From positions 96,001-160,000 of the forward strand of contig CAWIIV010000007.1 of NCBI GenBank assembly GCA_963836205.1: a stretch of 64,000 nucleotides of DNA, read 5' to 3'. Shown piece after piece: positions 60,087 to 64,000 of this stretch. The notes under the pieces were generated by a model. That model did no database searches, was not told the DNA's origin, and saw only the letters and a list, made by a program, of their open reading frames with translations. The stretch is from an uncultured Acidimicrobiia bacterium. GTDB taxonomy: Bacteria; Actinomycetota; Acidimicrobiia; Acidimicrobiales; AC-14. The stretch's first letter is position 1. Each line of letters begins with the position of its first letter. Position numbers and translations under genes: made by a program.

Positions 60087-61031
60087 ATGCCTGCCACCCG
60101 TCGCCCCCGAGCCGCTGTCTTCGCCCCCGCGCCGGTCCTCACCGTCACGGTCGAGGCGAGGGGTGACGAGCCCGAGATCCACTTCCACGCCGGGGGCCAG
60201 GGCTTCTGGCAGGCCCGGATGATCGCCGCCCTGGGCGTTCCCGTCACCCTGTGCGGGTCCTTCGGCGGCGAGTCGGGCGACCTCGTCCGCCGGCTGGCCG
60301 AGCGGGAAGGGGTCGACGTCCACCCGGTGGAGGTGGCGGCCGACAACCCGTCCTACGTGCACGACCGCCGGGGCGGGTCGAGGGAGCCGGTGGCCGAGAC
60401 CCGGCCCGTCCCCCTGTCCCGGCACGAGGTCGACGACCTCTACGGGGTGATGCTGGTCGAGGGCCTGGAGGCCGACGTGTGCGTGCTGGGGGGCACGACC
60501 AAGGCGGGGGCGGCCGTGCCTGCCGACGTCTACGGGCGGCTGGCGGCCGACCTGGGGGCCAACGGCCGGATGGTGGTGGCCGACCTGTCGGGGGCGTTCC
60601 TGGAGGCGGTGGTCGAGGCCCGGGTCACGGTGATCAAGCTGAGCGACGAGGAGCTGGTGGCGAGCGGCCGGGCGGAGTCCCGCGAGCTCGACCACGTCCT
60701 GGCCGCGGTCGGCGACCTGTGCCACGCGGCCCGGATGGTGGTGGTGTCCCGGGCCGGCGAGCCGGCCGTCGCCACCGTCGACGGTGAGGTGGTGGAGATC
60801 GTGGGTCCCCGGCTCGACCCGTTCGACCCCCGGGGGGCGGGCGACTCGATGACGGCGGGGATCGCGGCGTCGCTCGCCCTGGGGCGCGACACGGGTACCG
60901 CCCTGCGCATCGGCACCGCCGCCGGGGCCCTCAACGTCACCCGGCGGGGACTGGCCACGGGCGAGCGCGACGACATCGAGCGGATGGCGGGCCACGTCGA
61001 GCTGCGGCCCGTCGGCAACGTGAGGGGCTGA
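60087..61031 (+). CDS. PfkB-family carbohydrate kinase (1-phosphofructokinase-like)
   Basis: AGGQG, IKLSDEEL, DPRGAGDSMTAG. Confidence 0.87.
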   Translation: MPATRRPRAAVFAPAPVLTVTVEARGDEPEIHFHAGGQGFWQARMIAALGVPVTLCGSFGGESGDLVRRLAEREGVDVHPVEVAADNPSYVHDRRGGSREPVAETRPVPLSRHEVDDLYGVMLVEGLEADVCVLGGTTKAGAAVPADVYGRLAADLGANGRMVVADLSGAFLEAVVEARVTVIKLSDEELVASGRAESRELDHVLAAVGDLCHAARMVVVSRAGEPAVATVDGEVVEIVGPRLDPFDPRGAGDSMTAGIAASLALGRDTGTALRIGTAAGALNVTRRGLATGERDDIERMAGHVELRPVGNVRG

Positions 61032-61035
61032 GCCG

Positions 61036-61812
61036 ATGCGAGCGCTGGTGACGAACGACGACGGGATCGAATCGGAAGGGATCCGGCAGCTGGCCCTGAC
61101 CGCGGTCGGCCTCGGGCTCGACGTGGTCGTGGCCGCGCCGCTCACCGACGCCAGTGGGAGCAGCGCCTCGCTGTCGGCGCTGCAGGAGGAGGGCCGGATC
61201 GTGCTGGAGCGGCGGACGCTCGCCGGGCTCGACGGGGTCCCGGCCTACGGCGTGGCCGCCGCCCCCGGCTTCATCTCCCTGCTGGCGGCCCGGGGCGCGT
61301 TCGGGGAGCCGCCCGACCTGGTGCTGTCGGGCATCAACCGGGGCCTCAACGCGGGCCACGCCATCCTCCACTCGGGGACCGTCGGGGCCGCCTTCACCGG
61401 GTCCACCCTCGGCTGCCGGGGGGTGGCGGTGTCGCTGGAGAGCGGGTGGCCGGACGAGCCCGCCGAGCTGCATTGGGAGACGGCCGGGCACGTGGCCGCC
61501 CAGGTCATCCCGTGGGTGATCGACACCGACCAGCCCCTCGTGCTGAACGTCAACGCCCCCAACGTCGACGTGTCGGAGGTGCGAGGACTCTGCCGGGCCC
61601 GGCTGGCCACGTTCGGCGCGGTGCAGACCAGGGTCGCCGAGACCGGCGAGGGGTGGGTGCGGATCACGGTCGCCGACGTCGACGCCCACCACGAGCCCGG
61701 CACCGACGCCGCCCTCGTCGCCGACGGCTACGCCACGGTCACGCCCCTGCGGCCGATCTGCGAGGCCGACGACGTGTCGCTGCCCATCCCCGGCGGCGCC
61801 GCCACCCGGTAG
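61036..61812 (+). CDS. surE: 5'/3'-nucleotidase SurE
   Basis: LVTNDDGI, PDLVLSGINRG.N, SGTVGAA, TVTPL. Confidence 0.93.
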   Translation: MRALVTNDDGIESEGIRQLALTAVGLGLDVVVAAPLTDASGSSASLSALQEEGRIVLERRTLAGLDGVPAYGVAAAPGFISLLAARGAFGEPPDLVLSGINRGLNAGHAILHSGTVGAAFTGSTLGCRGVAVSLESGWPDEPAELHWETAGHVAAQVIPWVIDTDQPLVLNVNAPNVDVSEVRGLCRARLATFGAVQTRVAETGEGWVRITVADVDAHHEPGTDAALVADGYATVTPLRPICEADDVSLPIPGGAATR

Positions 61813-61895
61813 CCGTTCCGGCGGCCGGGGCTCGACGGCTCCGCCGCGTGCCAGGATCGCCTGGCGACCAGAACGCGCCAACGTCCGGCGGGCGG

Positions 61896-62792
61896 CTATC
61901 CCGGGTGGGAGGCGAGGGTGAGGCGGCGGCGTTGGGGTCCGACGGTGAAGGCGGGGTCGACGGCCGACTCGATGCCCGCCTCGAAGACGGCGAAGCGCTC
62001 GGCCGCGGCCCCGACCAGGACGAGGAGGGCGCCCGCCACCTGGGGGACCCGGCGGCGCCGGCCGAGGGTGGCCAGGACGGCGGCGCCGGTGGTGGTGGCG
62101 ACGAGGGCCAGGGGCTTGAGGCGCGCGGCCCGGCCCCGGTGGAAGGCGTCGGCGGTTTCGCCCAGGCGGCGTTGGAGGAGATCGGCGGCGGCGACCTCGA
62201 CGACCGCCCCGCCGATGGCGACCCGGCGGGCGGCGTCGGTGCCGGGGACGAGGAGCACGGCCAGGGCACCGGAGCTGGCGGCGGCGCCGCCCGCGAACAG
62301 GAAAGGGAGCTGGTGGCGGGCGTCGTGCCAGGCGGGGACGGCGGTGTCGGCGACCAGCACCGCGGTGTAGGTGGCCATGGCCGGGGCGAGCGCGGCCGCG
62401 ACTCCCTCCGCGACCCGACCGGTGCCGCGGCCCACGCCGGTGAGCTCGACGGCGGTGGCGGCCGTCACCGCGGTCCCGAATGCGGACAGCAGCCACGTCC
62501 CTACGCTCATCGGTGAGGTGACCTTGGCCACCCGCAGCATGTTGAGGAACCGTCCGGGGCGGCCGAGATCGGCGACGAGGAGGACCCCACTCACGCCCAC
62601 CGCCGCCGACGAGGTCACCAGGCACCGGCGGGCGAGGCAATCGTCGCCGGTGAGCCGGCCTCCGGCCGCGAGGAGGGCGGACCCGGCCGCCAGCCCGCCG
62701 GTGAAGAAGTAGGCCGGGATGTACCACCTCCACACCGGCCGCTTGAGGACCGGGCGCCCGTAGTACGTCCGCAACGGCGACGAGTCCGTCAT
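61896..62792 (-). CDS. NrfD/PsrC-type membrane anchor subunit
   Basis: YYGRPVLKRPVW, YFFTGGLAAGS, DLGRPGRFLNMLRV.K.TSPMSVG, YTAVL. Confidence 0.88.
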   Translation of the reverse strand: MTDSSPLRTYYGRPVLKRPVWRWYIPAYFFTGGLAAGSALLAAGGRLTGDDCLARRCLVTSSAAVGVSGVLLVADLGRPGRFLNMLRVAKVTSPMSVGTWLLSAFGTAVTAATAVELTGVGRGTGRVAEGVAAALAPAMATYTAVLVADTAVPAWHDARHQLPFLFAGGAAASSGALAVLLVPGTDAARRVAIGGAVVEVAAADLLQRRLGETADAFHRGRAARLKPLALVATTTGAAVLATLGRRRRVPQVAGALLVLVGAAAERFAVFEAGIESAVDPAFTVGPQRRRLTLASHPG

Positions 62793-62862
62793 GTTCCGCA
62801 CCGGACGCACGATTCGCCGCTCGGAGGGGTATCGGAGCGGATCGAGCGCATGGGGATCGCGG

Positions 62863-63672
62863 TCATCGACGGCGGCGTCGGCCGAGGAAGGCGGCGGCGA
62901 CGCCGACCGCGAGGGTGGCCGCGGCCGCGGCCGCGCTGCGCCACATCCCGGGGAGGTCGCGGGTGGTGACCACCGGGTCGGGGGGGAGGCCGTAGACCTC
63001 GGGGTCGTCGAGGAGCAGGAAGAAGGCGCCCATGCCGCCGACACCGTCGTCGGGGTCGGCGCCGTACAGGCGGGCCTCGGACACGCCGGCCGTGACCAAC
63101 GTGGCGACCCGTTCCGCGGCCCGGGTCCGCAACTCGTCCAGCGGGCCGAACTGGATCGACTTGGTGGGGCAGGCGGTGGCGCAGGCCGGTTCCAGCCCTC
63201 CCCGCAGCCGGTCGTAGCACATGGTGCACTTCCACGCCCGGCCGTCGCCCTTGCGCTGGTCGATCACCCCGAACGGGCAGGCGGGGATGCAGTAGCCGCA
63301 GCCGTTGCAGATGTCCTCCTGCACCACCACCGTCCCGAACTCGGTTCGCACCAGTGACCCGGTGGGGCAGACCTCCAGGCAGGCGGCCGACGTGCAGTGC
63401 TTGCACACGTCGGAGCTCATCAGCCACCGGAAGCCCCCGGCTTGGTCCAACTCGTCCACCGGCTGCTTCTGCTCGATGAAGGCCACGTGACGCCACGTGT
63501 CGGCGCCCAACTCGCCGGTGTTGTCGTAGGACTGGCCGAGGAAGGTGAACCCCCCACCATTTTTGTCAGCGGGGGGGACGCCGTTCCACTCCTTGCACGC
63601 CACCTCGCACGCCTTGCACCCGATGCAGATGGAGGTGTCGGTGAAGAAGCCCATCCGCGGCTGGTCAGCCAC
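62863..63672 (-). CDS. Formate dehydrogenase iron-sulfur (beta) subunit
   Basis: CIGCKACEVACKEWN, CKHC..AACLEVCP, CNGCGYCIPACP, KCTMCYDR, PACATACP. Confidence 0.92.
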   Translation of the reverse strand: MADQPRMGFFTDTSICIGCKACEVACKEWNGVPPADKNGGGFTFLGQSYDNTGELGADTWRHVAFIEQKQPVDELDQAGGFRWLMSSDVCKHCTSAACLEVCPTGSLVRTEFGTVVVQEDICNGCGYCIPACPFGVIDQRKGDGRAWKCTMCYDRLRGGLEPACATACPTKSIQFGPLDELRTRAAERVATLVTAGVSEARLYGADPDDGVGGMGAFFLLLDDPEVYGLPPDPVVTTRDLPGMWRSAAAAAATLAVGVAAAFLGRRRRR

Positions 63673-64000
63673 CGTCGTCCGCCTCCAGCCCCGCTCGCCG
63701 CCGGTAGTCGGCCACCAGCGCCGGCAACGCCGCTCCCCGGGGACGACGCCCGGGCCGGACGTCGCACGTCGCCGCCTTCGATTCCTGGATGACGACGTTG
63801 GGGTCGAGCGCCAGGCCCAACAGGTCGTTGGCCGAGTCGCCGGTCACCAGCCCCTTCGACCCCCAGTGGTAGGGGAGGCCGACCTGGTGGATGCGGCGTC
63901 CGCCCAGCGACAGCGCCGGCATCCGGTCGGTGACGAGCACCCGGGCCTCGATGGCGCTGCGGGCGGTGATCACGGTGGCCCAGTCCCCGTTCACCAGTCC
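63665..64000 (-). CDS. Formate dehydrogenase major (alpha) subunit, C-terminal part (truncated by window)
   Basis: Molybdopterin dinucleotide-binding domain: VGLPYHWG..G...GDSANDL....LDPNV.IQESKA. Confidence 0.88.
   Translation of the reverse strand, partial: GLVNGDWATVITARSAIEARVLVTDRMPALSLGGRRIHQVGLPYHWGSKGLVTGDSANDLLGLALDPNVVIQESKAATCDVRPGRRPRGAALPALVADYRRRAGLEADDGG

Overview
High-GC actinobacterial chromosome segment; gene content and order suggest an Acidimicrobiia-like organism (inference). It has three parts. (1) 1-13.0 kb: a lipid/polyketide cluster with a condensation/PapA5-like acyltransferase, a DrrAB-like ABC exporter, a 2497-aa KS-AT-DH-cMT-ER-KR-ACP type I PKS and a stand-alone thioester reductase. 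(2) 13446-27803: a ~14.3-kb island integrated at tRNA-Gly(CCC), with a 47-bp att duplication and GGTCACG arm-type repeats. It carries a compositionally distinct four-gene locus (unknown protein, XRE-ImmA/IrrE protease, tandem winged-helix-like protein, PD-(D/E)xK-like nuclease) that is a good candidate defence system. It also carries a truncated MobF-type helicase, a tyrosine integrase plus a second integrase remnant, an AlbA_2/ATP-binding protein, an ISL3 element inside a dead DUF433/DUF5615 TA pair, and an unusual ~1.9-kb putative transposon with no terminal IRs, hairpin ends and a structured leader. (3) 27.9-64 kb: core genome (apgM, larE, liv ABC operon, chdC/hemQ-like, groEL with CIRCE, SAM-I riboswitch-thrC-like-moaD, gpgS, glxK, otsAB, tRNA-Thr, sigH, rlmB, carD, disA, radA, clpC, polyprenyl synthase, surE, formate dehydrogenase subunits). 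Several core genes carry single-base frameshifts, so the assembly probably contains indel errors. All family assignments come from motif recognition by eye; no database search was run.
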